In this document: one piece after another, positions 30,141-40,800 of the stretch
Numbering within the stretch: position 1 is the first letter of the stretch
How the letters are laid out: every line of letters starts with the position of its first letter
Assembly (NCBI GenBank): GCA_903824675.1
Contig: CAIJXV010000088.1
Location: 7,318-71,317, forward strand
DNA from: an uncultured bacterium
GTDB lineage: Bacteria; Verrucomicrobiota; Kiritimatiellia; CAIKKV01; CAIJXV01
Direction of reading: 5' to 3'
Length of the DNA stretch: 64,000 nucleotides
The notes under the pieces: generated by a model
The model's input: the letters and a program-made list of their open reading frames with translations, nothing else
Told to the model about the DNA's origin: nothing
The model's database searches: none
Program-made: the position numbers and the translations under genes

Positions 30141-30864
30141 TTGCTTCAGGTCGTGAATAAATATTTTTTTCTTTCACGAGAGGGGCGGGTTCAGTTGGCG
30201 TTGAGCTTGCTTTCTTTCGGACTGCTGATGGTACCGCTAGCAGGCCTGCTTCCGGCTGGCGAATTGGGCGAGGGGGTCCAGTATGAGTTGATCTCCAAGC
30301 TAGAGGTCCCGCTGTCCATCCATGTTTTGGAGATCCGTCGAGGGCAACCCGCCGTGCATCTTAAACGGTCAGCCGCACGGGCAATACCGCGATTCCGACG
30401 AATGGTCTGATCCTCAGCATCTCGAAGAAGGCGGATGCCGCGACGCCCAAGGTGCAGGCCGGTGACCTCCTGGTTCTCAGCCCGGCCGTTAACGAGGATC
30501 TCTCCGCCATCGTCACTGCGGTGGGGGGTGATCCGCCATTGATCGAGGGTGGACGAATCAGGCCGAAGCTCACGGAACCCTCCGGGATCCCGCTTTCGCG
30601 CGGACCGCGGTTGGATTCAATGCCACGAATATTTTTTGGGTCGTGGTGGATGGTCGGCAGGCGAACCTTTCCCTCGGCATCAATCTTCGTGAGCTTGCGG
30701 AATTCATGCAATCCCCGGGTTGCACCGATGCTCTGAATCTGGATGGCGGAGGGTCCTCGACCTTTTGGTTGAACGGGCGGGTAGTGAACTCGCCTTCGGG
30801 TTTCAGTTTGCGGCCTGTGGGCAACGGCTTGATCCTGTTGCGTCGGCCAGTTTTTGCACCCTAG
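30141..30864 (+). pseudogene. Frameshifted phosphodiester glycosidase family (PF09992 / NAGPA-like) gene
   Basis: The family C-terminal motif ...LRELAEFMQSPGCTDALNLDGGGSSTFW is in one frame (30643..30864). The upstream family body VTAVGGDPPLIEGGRIRPKL is in a second frame (30452..). The signal-peptide N-terminus is in a third (30141..). At least two frameshifts. Confidence 0.6.
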
Positions 30865-30970
30865 ACCTGCTTTCTAAATCCCTATTTAAAGTTGTTAATC
30901 AGTACGAAATCGGGCACACTATTCGCTTCATTTATCAGTCTGGCGTGGAGTCTTCTTAAATGAGGTTCAA

Positions 30971-31972
30971 ATGACTACCGATATCGAAAAACAGGTCGCC
31001 GAATTACAGGCCGCCCGATCTGCCCTGATGACGGGATTTGGTCAGGTGATTGTCGGGCAAACCGCGGTATTGGAGGAGTTATTGATTACGGTTTTTGCGG
31101 GAGGGCACAACCTGCTGGAGGGTGTTCCGGGTCTCGCCAAAACCCTAATGATCAATACGCTGGCGCATCTGCTCGCGTTGGATTTCAAGCGTATCCAGTT
31201 TACGCCGGACTTGATGCCCTCGGATATCACCGGAACCAACGTGATCGAAGAAGATCATGTCAGCGGCAAACGCATCTCGGTGTTCATGGCCGGTCCGATC
31301 TTTACGCATGTATTGCTGGCCGATGAAATCAACCGGACCCCGCCCAAAACCCAGTCGGCCCTATTACAGGCGATGCAGGAGAAGGAAGTCACCGCCGCCG
31401 GGAAGACCTATCCGCTCTCACCGCCTTTCTTTGTCCTCGCCACCCAGAATCCCATCGACCAGGAAGGCACCTATCCTTTGCCCGAGGCGCAGAAGGACCG
31501 GTTTTTGTTGAATACCTTCATCGGGTATCCGGCTTTGACTGAGGAAGAGGATATCGTCGAAAAAACGACCGCCAACTGGGAAGCCTCCGTTCAACCGGTT
31601 TTGGATCGGGACCGCCTGATCGCCTTTCAGAAAGTGGTGCGCAGTCTGCCGGTTTCTCGGCATGTGACGGGTTATGCCGTGGATCTGGCGCGCGCCAGCC
31701 GACCGGCCGATCCCACCGCGCCCGAATTTATTCGCAAGCAGGTGATTTGGGGTGGCGGGCCGCGCGCGGGGCAGGCCTTGATCCTCTGCGCCAAATGCCG
31801 GGCGGCCCTGGCCGGCCGGATCAATGTCTCCTGCGAAGATGTCCGCCGGATGGTGCTGCCGGTGATGCGGCATCGGGTGGCGCCCAGTTTCGTGGCCGAA
31901 GCCGAAGGCATCACTTCTGACATGATCCTGAACAAACTGTTGGAGACGGTGCCGGAGCGGACACACGTCTAG
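30971..31972 (+). CDS. moxR: MoxR-family AAA+ ATPase
   Basis: VIVGQTAVLEELLITVFAGGHNLLEGVPGLAKT Walker A. VLLADEINRTPPKTQSALLQAMQE Walker B and sensor. The length and order are typical of MoxR. Confidence 0.9.
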   Translation: MTTDIEKQVAELQAARSALMTGFGQVIVGQTAVLEELLITVFAGGHNLLEGVPGLAKTLMINTLAHLLALDFKRIQFTPDLMPSDITGTNVIEEDHVSGKRISVFMAGPIFTHVLLADEINRTPPKTQSALLQAMQEKEVTAAGKTYPLSPPFFVLATQNPIDQEGTYPLPEAQKDRFLLNTFIGYPALTEEEDIVEKTTANWEASVQPVLDRDRLIAFQKVVRSLPVSRHVTGYAVDLARASRPADPTAPEFIRKQVIWGGGPRAGQALILCAKCRAALAGRINVSCEDVRRMVLPVMRHRVAPSFVAEAEGITSDMILNKLLETVPERTHV

Positions 31973-32030
31973 GAATCGGTTGGACTTTGCCGGGTGGGCG
32001 GCAGCAGAAAAGAACGTGTTCAGGCGTGCA

Positions 32031-32111
32031 GTCATCCCGAGCGAAGTCGAGGGATCTCATATTCCGGATAACTGAGGAGCCGATAGATCCCTCGACTGCG
32101 CTCGGGATGAC
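32031..32111. repeat. Long imperfect inverted repeat or hairpin (27-bp stem, 26/27 paired, 27-nt loop) in the moxR-DUF58 intergenic region
   Basis: Left arm gtcatcccgagcgaagtcgagggatct (32031..32057). Right arm agatccctcgactgcgctcgggatgac (32085..32111). One mismatch. Confidence 0.85.
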
Positions 32112-32273
32112 GAACGAGGAGCGGCAGGATGACGAACGGGGTGCGGTGGGAGGACGAACCGGGAGTAGCGGAATGGAAGCTATTAAGATGGGTACCGGAC
32201 TTAACAAATTAGCGACAAATCATTTATCGTTACATTGGCACGAGATGCTTATTAAAGGCGAGGCCTCGTACGC

Positions 32274-33296
32274 ATGAGCTTGCCGCGCTTGACTCCACTT
32301 CATTTCCCGCCCTGGTGGGGCGCCTTACGGGACCGGTTGGATCGGTTGCGAACGCGTTGGCGGGACCGGGGTGATCTGACGGTGACGACCCGTATCCGGG
32401 AAGGACAGGATTCCCGGCGGTTCCTCGATCCCGAGACCCTGGCGCGATTCGGATTGACCCCGCTGATGGCGCGCCGGGTGGTGGAGGGATACATCAGCGG
32501 ATTGCATCGCTCGCCCTTTCGGGGGTTTTCAGTGGAATTTGCCGATCATCGCGAATACGTGCCGGGCGACGACCTGAAATTTCTCGATTGGATGTTGTAC
32601 GCCCGGACCGATCATTATTACATCAAGCGGAGCGAGGAAGAGACCAATGTTCGCTGTTTCATCCTGCTCGATCGATCGGCCTCCATGGCGTTTGGTACCG
32701 GGCGGCTCACCAAGTGGGATTATGCCTGCCAGATGACCGCTTGTCTCTCCTATCTGATGATCAAACAGCAGGACGCGGTGGCCCTGGGTCTTTTTTCCGA
32801 CACGCCGACGGTTTTAATTCCGCCGCGGGGTCGCAATCAGCATTTACACACCCTGCTACGGACCCTGATCCAGTATCCCCCGTCCGGGCCTTCGAAGGTG
32901 GGGGAAAGTATGCGCATTCTTCTGCAACGCATCAAGCGGCGGAGCCTGGTGGTGGTGATCAGCGATCTACAGGACGATCCCGAAGAGACCCTGCGAGGGA
33001 TCCGTCTGATCGCCAGCCATAACCATGATGTGCTGGTTTTCCAGGTCCAGGATCCGGCCGAAATCGATTTCCATTTTACCGCGTCAGCCCGTTTTCGCGA
33101 TGTCGAAACCGGCGAGGAACTCGAGGTGGATCCGGCGACCATCCGGGAAACCTACCAGGCGCAAATCCGCGCCCTGACTGATTTTTACCGGCGCGGTTTG
33201 TCCGAGGCGGGGATTGATTATCAGCCCGTGAATATCCGGGACCCCCATGACCGGACGCTGGAAGCCTATTTGCATCGGCGGATGAAATTGCGGTAA
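32274..33296 (+). CDS. DUF58 domain protein (MoxR-associated, vWA-like)
   Basis: FRGFSVEFADHREYVPGDDLKFLDW is the DUF58 hallmark. Lies immediately downstream of moxR. Confidence 0.85.
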   Translation: MSLPRLTPLHFPPWWGALRDRLDRLRTRWRDRGDLTVTTRIREGQDSRRFLDPETLARFGLTPLMARRVVEGYISGLHRSPFRGFSVEFADHREYVPGDDLKFLDWMLYARTDHYYIKRSEEETNVRCFILLDRSASMAFGTGRLTKWDYACQMTACLSYLMIKQQDAVALGLFSDTPTVLIPPRGRNQHLHTLLRTLIQYPPSGPSKVGESMRILLQRIKRRSLVVVISDLQDDPEETLRGIRLIASHNHDVLVFQVQDPAEIDFHFTASARFRDVETGEELEVDPATIRETYQAQIRALTDFYRRGLSEAGIDYQPVNIRDPHDRTLEAYLHRRMKLR

Positions 33297-33304
33297 AGGA
33301 GCAG

Positions 33305-35590
33305 ATGATGTTGGCATGGCTGGCACCGATGGCCCTGGCGGGATTGGCATTTCTCAGTGTGCCGATCCTCCTCCATCTTTTCAAGCCGCGCCGCATCCGG
33401 GTGGTTCCTTTCAGCAGTCTGCGCTGGCTCAAGGCCAGTCGCCATCATCTGTCCCGCCGTATCCAACTGCACCAGGTCCTGCTTTTCATCTTGCGGGTGG
33501 TGATTATTACGGCCCTCGTACTGGCCCTGGCCCAGCCCGTGTTTTCTCCCGGCCGGGGCGAGGGGAATGCCGAGCGGTTCCTGATTATCGATGTCAGCCG
33601 CAGTATGGCCTTTCAAGTTCCGGGCAAGACGCGGCCGATTGACCGGGCCCGGGTTCTGACGGAACGCATTCTATCCGGCGGACGGGCGGGAGACCGGTCG
33701 GCCGTCGTTCTGGCCGGTGGACGACAACCCGAAGGATTGGGCCCGTTGGTCGACGACCCCCGTTTTCTCCTGGGACGTCTGCGGGCTTTGCGTGCTGAAT
33801 CCACGGAGGGCGAACTCACCGACGCTCTGCCAACCGTGGCCGGACTCCTGGCGGAACGCCGACCCCATGCCCGCGTGGACTTGATTTTCATCACTGATCA
33901 TCAGGCTCAAGCGTGGGATCCCTCAAGCATCTCCCGTTTTCTGGCCGCCGTACCCCCGCCGGTTACGGTCCGGGTGGTGACCGTGGAGCCGGAGCAACCG
34001 GAGAATGCCTGGATTGCGTCTGCCGCCGTTCAGCCGGGGGATGGGGCTAATCCGGCTGCCACTCTGAGGGTCACCCTGTCGGCCGTCGGCTCGGGAACCC
34101 AGGAACGGACGGTCAAAGTGGGAAACCTGCCGGGATTGCCGGATATGTCCCAATCCGTCAGCCTGACGGCCCACCGGCCGGTAACGGTGAATTTTAAATT
34201 GCCGGTCGGCTATGAAACCGCCGGGCGGGTTGCCGTCATCAGCCTTTTGCCGTCCGATGCCCTGGCATCGGACGATCTCTATTGGCTGGCGCTGGATGCC
34301 CCCGCGGCTCCGCGCATCCTGATCCTGGAGGAAGCGGGGAAAGGCCCTGAATCCCTGGCACCGGCCTGGCACTTGAAAACCGCGCTGTCGGTGCTGGCGA
34401 AGGATCGCAGTGGATGGCAGGCGCTGACGGTGCGCACGCCGGGCCGGGTTACGCGCGAGGAGATCGACCGGGCCGAAGTGATTCTCCTGGCCGATCTGCC
34501 GGACTGGAGCGGTGATTTAGGGGCACGGATCGCAGCCCGGGTTCGGCAGGGGGCGGGATTGGTCGTCTTCCTGGGCCCTGCGAGCAAGCCCGCCTTTTAC
34601 AATGACTTTTTTGCGCAGACGGGACTTTCGGTTCCCCCGCTGGTACCGGTTCGCCTGGCCGCGAAGCGGCTGGGTGCCGGCACGGCAGAACTGTCGTCCC
34701 TAGCGGGACTGGATTGGCGTCATCCCCTGTTGGCGCCGTTGCAGGACGACACCTTCGGCGATTTATTGCAGGTGAAGGTTTCGGCCTGGCATGCCCTGGA
34801 AATCGATCCTGCGGGGGAACCTTGCCGGGTCCTGGCCCGAGCCAACGACGGAAAGCCGTTTTTGATGGAGTCCGAATCAGGTCGGGGCCGGGTAGTGCTG
34901 TTGAATACCTCGGCTGACGATGCCTGGAGTGATCTGCCCCGTCGTCGGATTTTTGTGCCCTTGATCGATCGTCTGACGCGATTTGCAGCCGGGACCCTGT
35001 ATCTCGACGAACAACCGACCATTGACATGCCCCTCCGGATTCCGATCCGCGAACTCGAGCCGCCGACCGACGTGACGGTCCGGGATCCGGCCAACGAATC
35101 GCTTCCTTTCCAGCTTCGGACCTCGGCGGGCGGTTGGGAGGTCCAGGTGGACCAGGCGCGCCGGCCCGGTTTGTATACCCTCGCTTATCGCCGGGGCGGC
35201 GTGGCGGTGGAACGGATTATTCCGGTTCAATGCGGACGGCGGGATAGCGCCTGGGTGACGGCGGATTCCGCTCTGCTCCAACGCTGGTGGAAGCCGGCTC
35301 CTTTTAAAACGGTGTCCAGCGTCGATTGGGAACGGCATGCGGCGACGGAATCCTCCCGCCGCTTCGAACTGGATGCCTGGCTGATGTTGCTCGCCTTGCT
35401 GGTTCTGGTGACGGAATTTTTCTGGACTCATTGGGTTTGCCCGCGAGTCGAATCCGGCGTTTCGGCCCAGGCGACGCCACCGGAAACCCTGGGCGAAATT
35501 CTGCCGGAAGTCATTCCGGACGGCTTGCCTGAAGTGTTGACGGGGATCGGGGATTCGGACTCGATCCCGGCGCGAAAGGGGGGCGCATGA
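33305..35590 (+). CDS. BatA-like N-terminal double-transmembrane domain protein with a vWA-like core; very long (761 aa)
   Basis: MMLAWLAPMALAGLAFLSVPILLHLFKPRRIRVVPFSSLRWL matches the N-terminal double-TM domain family. DVSRSMA is vWA MIDAS-like. RBS aaggag. Confidence 0.7.
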   Translation: MMLAWLAPMALAGLAFLSVPILLHLFKPRRIRVVPFSSLRWLKASRHHLSRRIQLHQVLLFILRVVIITALVLALAQPVFSPGRGEGNAERFLIIDVSRSMAFQVPGKTRPIDRARVLTERILSGGRAGDRSAVVLAGGRQPEGLGPLVDDPRFLLGRLRALRAESTEGELTDALPTVAGLLAERRPHARVDLIFITDHQAQAWDPSSISRFLAAVPPPVTVRVVTVEPEQPENAWIASAAVQPGDGANPAATLRVTLSAVGSGTQERTVKVGNLPGLPDMSQSVSLTAHRPVTVNFKLPVGYETAGRVAVISLLPSDALASDDLYWLALDAPAAPRILILEEAGKGPESLAPAWHLKTALSVLAKDRSGWQALTVRTPGRVTREEIDRAEVILLADLPDWSGDLGARIAARVRQGAGLVVFLGPASKPAFYNDFFAQTGLSVPPLVPVRLAAKRLGAGTAELSSLAGLDWRHPLLAPLQDDTFGDLLQVKVSAWHALEIDPAGEPCRVLARANDGKPFLMESESGRGRVVLLNTSADDAWSDLPRRRIFVPLIDRLTRFAAGTLYLDEQPTIDMPLRIPIRELEPPTDVTVRDPANESLPFQLRTSAGGWEVQVDQARRPGLYTLAYRRGGVAVERIIPVQCGRRDSAWVTADSALLQRWWKPAPFKTVSSVDWERHAATESSRRFELDAWLMLLALLVLVTEFFWTHWVCPRVESGVSAQATPPETLGEILPEVIPDGLPEVLTGIGDSDSIPARKGGA

Positions 35591-37842
35591 CCTGGATTTG
35601 GAATCCGGTATGGCCGCCGTGGGCGATCGGTTGTGCGGTCCTGCTGTTATTGCTGGTGACCTGGCTGGGTTACCGGATCCTGCGGCTCCGGAACATTCCC
35701 AACCGGTGGGCGGGAATTCTGCTGATGCTCCGGCTCCTGGCGGTCCTGGTGTTCGCCTTGTGTCTGTTACGTCCGACGGTGCGGATGGAACACCGGGTTC
35801 GACGCGCGCCTGACCTGCTCGTGCTGGTGGATCGGTCGGCCAGCATGGCGGCACCGGCCGGCACGAACCAACCCGCCCGCTGGGACTCCCTGCGTCGGAC
35901 GTTGACCGACAGTCCGTTGGCGACCCGCTATCTCAGCCGGCACAATACGCATCTGTTTGTTTTTGATCGCACGGTCGTGCGGGCTGAAATTCCGGATCTG
36001 GCGCGAATGAAACCCGACGGGGCGACCACCCGGATGGCCGCCGCGATTCAAACCGCCTGGAGTCTGTATCGCCAGCAAAGCATCCCGGACGATTTACCGG
36101 GAATGCAAGCCAACCGGGTTCTGCTCCTGTCTGATGGACTGGATCGCGATCCACAGGATCCGGCGGAGGTGGCCCGCGCCCTGGGGTTGGCGGTGGATGT
36201 TCTGGAATGGCCGGCACCGGGACTGCCGTCGGCGGATACCCCGCCGGCGATAACCGCGATTCAGGCGCCGGTCCGGATTCTGCAAGGGGCCGAGGGCCGG
36301 GTCCGGGTGACGCTGGCCATACCCCCCGCTTCGGGGGCCACGGTTCTGCGGCTGATCGAAGGCGAGCAGGAGATCGTACGGCAGGATCTGCCGGCGGGCC
36401 CCACGCTTTCAAGGGGACCGGTTGAACTGGTTTTTACGCCGACGCTTCCCGGCACTCATCATTACCAGGTTCGATTGACTTCGACGGCCTCGCCCGTTCC
36501 TTTTTCCGGTGAAGCAGAACGGCCCTTCAGCGTGACCGTGCCCAGTTTGAAAAACGAAGTGTTGTTTCTGGATGATGCCTGGCGCTGGGATTTTAAGTTT
36601 TTGCGGCGGGTAATGGAAGACGACCCCGCGTTTGCCTTGACCGCTTTTCTGTCGCGCGGCACGGGATTGTACCAGCAATTCGGCGAGCCGGACCGGCAAA
36701 TCAGTCTGGGAGGTTTTCCCCAAAGCCGGACCGAATTAGGCTGGTTCGATATCTTTATCCTGGGCGACACGGATCCACGGAGGTGGCCCCGGGCCCTGGC
36801 GCCGGCCTTGCGTGATTTAGTGGTGGAGGAGGGTAAATCCCTGTTGGTGATCGCGGGCCCGCGCTTGGTGGGGTGGGCCGATGTGCCCGAACTCGCCGGA
36901 CTGTTGCCGGTGGAGATGACCCCGGAAACGGCAAAACCCCTGCCCGGTCCGATCGCGATCCGATTGCGTCCGGAGTCCCGGAACAGCGCTTGGTTTTTTG
37001 CGCCCACCGGGCAGGCGCTTCAGCGTTGGGCCGATCTGCCCCCGGTGGATCAGATTTATCCGGTGACGCGCAAACGCCCCGCCGCGCAAATCCTGCTGGA
37101 AGCGTCCGGCCTGTCGAATGCCAACGGTCCCCTGATCGTCCTGGCGGAACATACCGTGGGGCGGGGGCGCGTTCTCTTCCTCGCCACGGACACCCTTTGG
37201 AAATGGCAGATGGCGGCCGTCCTGGATGCGGAAGGCAACACGCCTTATCTCTTTTTCTGGCAACAGGCCTTGCGGGCGCTTCAACCCATCCATTCCCGCA
37301 AGGGGAATCAAGCACTTCACCTGGAAACCGACCGGAGCAGTTATCAGGTGGGCGCCGAAGTCCGATTGAAAGCCAGGCTGGAAGGGGATAAGGTTGCAGA
37401 CCAACCCGTTTTCGAGACGGGCGTGACGTTACCTGATGGGCAGACGCTTCCCCTGAACTTGCTGGCCGATCCCCGGCAGCCAGGAGTTTTCCAGGCGGTT
37501 TTTGAAGCGGCGCTTTCCGGTGCTTACACGGTACGCGCAACCGGCTACGATGGGGGCCGCCCGTTGGCCGATGCGCAGTTGATTCTGAATGTCGTCGAAG
37601 CGCCGCCGGAAGAGCGGGCGCAACCACCGGCGGCCATGTTCCTGGCCAATCTGGCGCAGGCGACCGGCGGGATGCGGATCGATCCTCAGGATCCGGCGAC
37701 CTGGCCGCCGCCGGCCACGGCCGAGCGCGAGATTCTGGTGCCGCGTTTCATCGAGGGTTGGGCCTTGCACCGATTGCTTTTGCTGTTGGTCGTGTTGTTG
37801 GGCGCCGACTGGTTGATCCGTTTGATCCGGGGGTATGTATGA
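35587..37842 (+). CDS. BatB-like membrane-anchored vWA domain protein (751 aa) with a C-terminal TM anchor
   Basis: N-terminal TM helices. LVLVDRSASMA is a MIDAS-like DxSxS. The C-terminal helix is LLLLLVVLLGADWLIRL. ATGA-coupled on both sides. Confidence 0.6.
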   Translation: MTWIWNPVWPPWAIGCAVLLLLLVTWLGYRILRLRNIPNRWAGILLMLRLLAVLVFALCLLRPTVRMEHRVRRAPDLLVLVDRSASMAAPAGTNQPARWDSLRRTLTDSPLATRYLSRHNTHLFVFDRTVVRAEIPDLARMKPDGATTRMAAAIQTAWSLYRQQSIPDDLPGMQANRVLLLSDGLDRDPQDPAEVARALGLAVDVLEWPAPGLPSADTPPAITAIQAPVRILQGAEGRVRVTLAIPPASGATVLRLIEGEQEIVRQDLPAGPTLSRGPVELVFTPTLPGTHHYQVRLTSTASPVPFSGEAERPFSVTVPSLKNEVLFLDDAWRWDFKFLRRVMEDDPAFALTAFLSRGTGLYQQFGEPDRQISLGGFPQSRTELGWFDIFILGDTDPRRWPRALAPALRDLVVEEGKSLLVIAGPRLVGWADVPELAGLLPVEMTPETAKPLPGPIAIRLRPESRNSAWFFAPTGQALQRWADLPPVDQIYPVTRKRPAAQILLEASGLSNANGPLIVLAEHTVGRGRVLFLATDTLWKWQMAAVLDAEGNTPYLFFWQQALRALQPIHSRKGNQALHLETDRSSYQVGAEVRLKARLEGDKVADQPVFETGVTLPDGQTLPLNLLADPRQPGVFQAVFEAALSGAYTVRATGYDGGRPLADAQLILNVVEAPPEERAQPPAAMFLANLAQATGGMRIDPQDPATWPPPATAEREILVPRFIEGWALHRLLLLLVVLLGADWLIRLIRGYV

Positions 37843-40800
37843 GTCCTCCCTATAATCTCCAGTCTCTCCGGCGGTTGGTCCGGCATCACAACCGGCGCTG
37901 GCGCAACCTGGTCATCGCCGAGGCTTTTTCATTTTCAGCGGCGACCCTGCTGGCGGCGCTCTGGCTGGTCTTTCTATTGGATAACGCCCTGCACTTCACG
38001 ATGCCCCTGCGGCTGATCGTCTGTGGTTTCTTCGGCTTAGGCGTCCTGTTCGGATTGATCCGGGTGGTCAATCGGTGGCGTCGTTCGCGATTCGGCGAGG
38101 ACCAGGTGGCTCTGGCGATCGAGGGCGGAACGCAGAATCATCTCGAAAATCGCCTGATCAATTCCCTGCAATTGGCGCGAATCGGGGATCCGGATGCGAT
38201 GACCACGGCGGTCATTGAGGACAATTGCCGGCATTTGACGGCACTCCATCTGCCGCCGGCGATGAGTGGCCGGCCAGCGGCGATCGCCGCCGGGCTGGCG
38301 TTGACGATGGCGTTGGCGGGGATCGGATTCTGGTGGATTGCGCGGGATCGTTTTGTCAATGCCGCGACCCGGATTTTCATGCCCCTGGCCGATGTTGCCC
38401 CCCTTTACCGCACCCGGATCCTGTTGGCGCCGGGCGACGTCGAGATCCGTCCGGGAAGCGATGTCCTCCTGACGGCGCAGATCGAAGGGCGCGTGCCGGA
38501 GTCGATTACGCTCTTCCGGCATGGCGCCGAGGCGCGGTTCAGCGAAGACCTTCCGGTGCCGCCCGGAACCAACCGGGTGAGCTATCTCCTGCGAAACATC
38601 CAGGTGTCGATGACCTACGCGGTTCGGGGCGGGGATTACATCACTCCGTTTTATGCAATCACCATTCCCCAGCCGGCGGATCTTCAGCGGTTGACGGCGA
38701 CGTATGTGTATCCTGCCTATACCCGTCGCCCGGATAAAATTCAGGAAGGTTCCCAGGGGGAGTTGGAGGCGCTTCATGGAACGCGGGTGACCGGACTGTG
38801 GGGATTAAACCGGCCGGTCGAGGCGGCGGTTCTGGTTTTGGAGGGGACCACCGATCCGGCCGCCGACTCCAACGAAACCCAACGGATCGCCCTCGCCCGG
38901 GTGGATGCCCAAACGTATCGGGGTGAATTTGAAATCGGCCGGTTTACCGGCTACCGGATCGAATCGCGTCAGACCGGCCGCCCGGCCGAATCGGGTCGCC
39001 GGTATGAAATCCGCATTGGCGAGGATCAACCGCCCGATCTTCAATTCGGGGGAATTGAACCGCAGGCGGAGCTGATGATGGATGCCGTGATCCCCGTTAC
39101 CTTGATAGGTCGCGACGATTTCGGACTGCGGACGATGGGGTTGTTCTTCCGTCCCGATGACGACGAGGGAACCAATCCGGTGTCCAGTTCATCCAGCACG
39201 CAAGCCTGGCAGACCTTGCGGCAATGGGATCCACCGGGAATGCCGGTCGTGTTCACCACGAATACGGCTCTGGCTCTGGCCGCCCTGGCGGTGGCGGAAG
39301 GGGAGCGGGGCGAGATTGCCATTCGGGGCCGGGACACGTGTCCTGCCCGCGCGGATCAATGGGTCACCGGGCGGACGTGTGCCGTGGTGATGGGCGGGGT
39401 CGGTACGGCTCTGCAACTCCAGTATGAAAAGATTTTACATGACGAGGCCGCTCTGGCCCGGCTGACAGCGGAAGTCCAGGGGCTGATCACGAGGCAAAAC
39501 GAGTGGAGCGCGAAACTGGATCCGGCATCGGGCTTGCGCTGGGATACCCGGGAGACGCTGGATCCCTTCGTCAAAGCAGTCCAGGTGATGGTCCGCGATG
39601 CGGATGGCCTGCGCGAGCGGACGGCCGCCCTGGCCCGCAGTTTGGATGAGGCGGAGGCGGCGGTTCGCTTGAGTCTCGGATTGCTGGCGGATACCGAACA
39701 GGTCCGACTCCGGCGGGTTTTTCAATCCGTGGCGGGCCGGGACAGTGTCCAGGGCAAGCGGGCGGCTTTGGGGGAAGCGCGGTTGACGCTCGAACGGATG
39801 TTCCGAAGTTTGAAGGACAATCAGGCGCATCATGCCCGATACCGCCAGGATTGGGAATTGGCGCACATGACGGCGTTCCTCAAGATGCTGGCCGAACGAC
39901 AGGATCGGATGGCGACCGAGTCGGCCACCTATGCCGGGCTGGAGGCCGGATCGATCGATCCCCGTGTGGCGTTGGGGACGGGGCGACGGCAGGACAAGGT
40001 GGATGCCTTGTTGGGTTTGGCTGGCACGGCGATGAAGGGACTGGGGAGCGGAGACACTCCGCCGGCGGGTCCGGCGTTGGGTGCGGCCTTTATCGCGACG
40101 GCGGCCGCGTTTGAGGAGCCCGGCGTTCGACCGGCTTTGCGCGAAGCGGCGGGTCATCTGCGGGCGGCCCGGTGGGCCGAGGCCTCCGGAATTCAACGCC
40201 GGTGTGCCGAAACGTTGATGACCTTGTATGTAGGGTTGGTCAAGATCCAATCCGATGCCGCCCGGCAGGCGTTGGAGGATGTCCAAAAACTCACCGAGAG
40301 CGGGTTGGAAGGACAAAAGGCGATTGAGGAATTGAAGGCGGGTTCCCCGGAGAACCTGTTGGATCTGAATCCGGATCAATTGAGTGTGGCGGAGATTGTG
40401 CATCTTCAGGAGATGGCGGCGCGGGAACGACAGCGGCGGAGTGCGGCGGCTGACAAGCGCAACGATTATCTCTTCGAGGAAAAGATGAAAGCGTTGTTGT
40501 CCCCGCCTGACAACGGGCGTCGCCAGGCTTTCGAAGATTTGAAACTGGCCCAGAAACCCTCCGGGGAAAAGAGTTTTCCCAATTCCTCCGATCGCGCCGG
40601 AAACAGCGTCAAGCCGCATGTCCAGGAGGAATTCGAGGATCTGGTGGGGAATCTGCTGGAAGAAGCCGACGACTTGCGGAAAGATTACGAAACCTACAAC
40701 ATCAATGCCGGCTTCAACATTTCCGAACAAGGGGAAATCGGCAAACAGAGTGGGGATTTGAATTCAACCGCGGCGGCGGCCGCCACGGGTAACATGAAAC

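Noticed and set aside
31987-32277. 96-aa ORF in the moxR-DUF58 gap
   Set aside because: It spans the 27-bp-stem inverted repeat and has no RBS. The hairpin or repeat element explains the sequence better than a gene.
34877-35854. 325-aa minus-strand ORF
   Set aside because: It is antisense to the BatA-like and vWA genes. The Pro, Arg and Gly-rich translation marks it as a shadow ORF.
39435-40730. 431-aa minus-strand ORF
   Set aside because: It is antisense inside the 1224-aa operon gene, which is tightly coupled to its neighbours. It is a shadow ORF.
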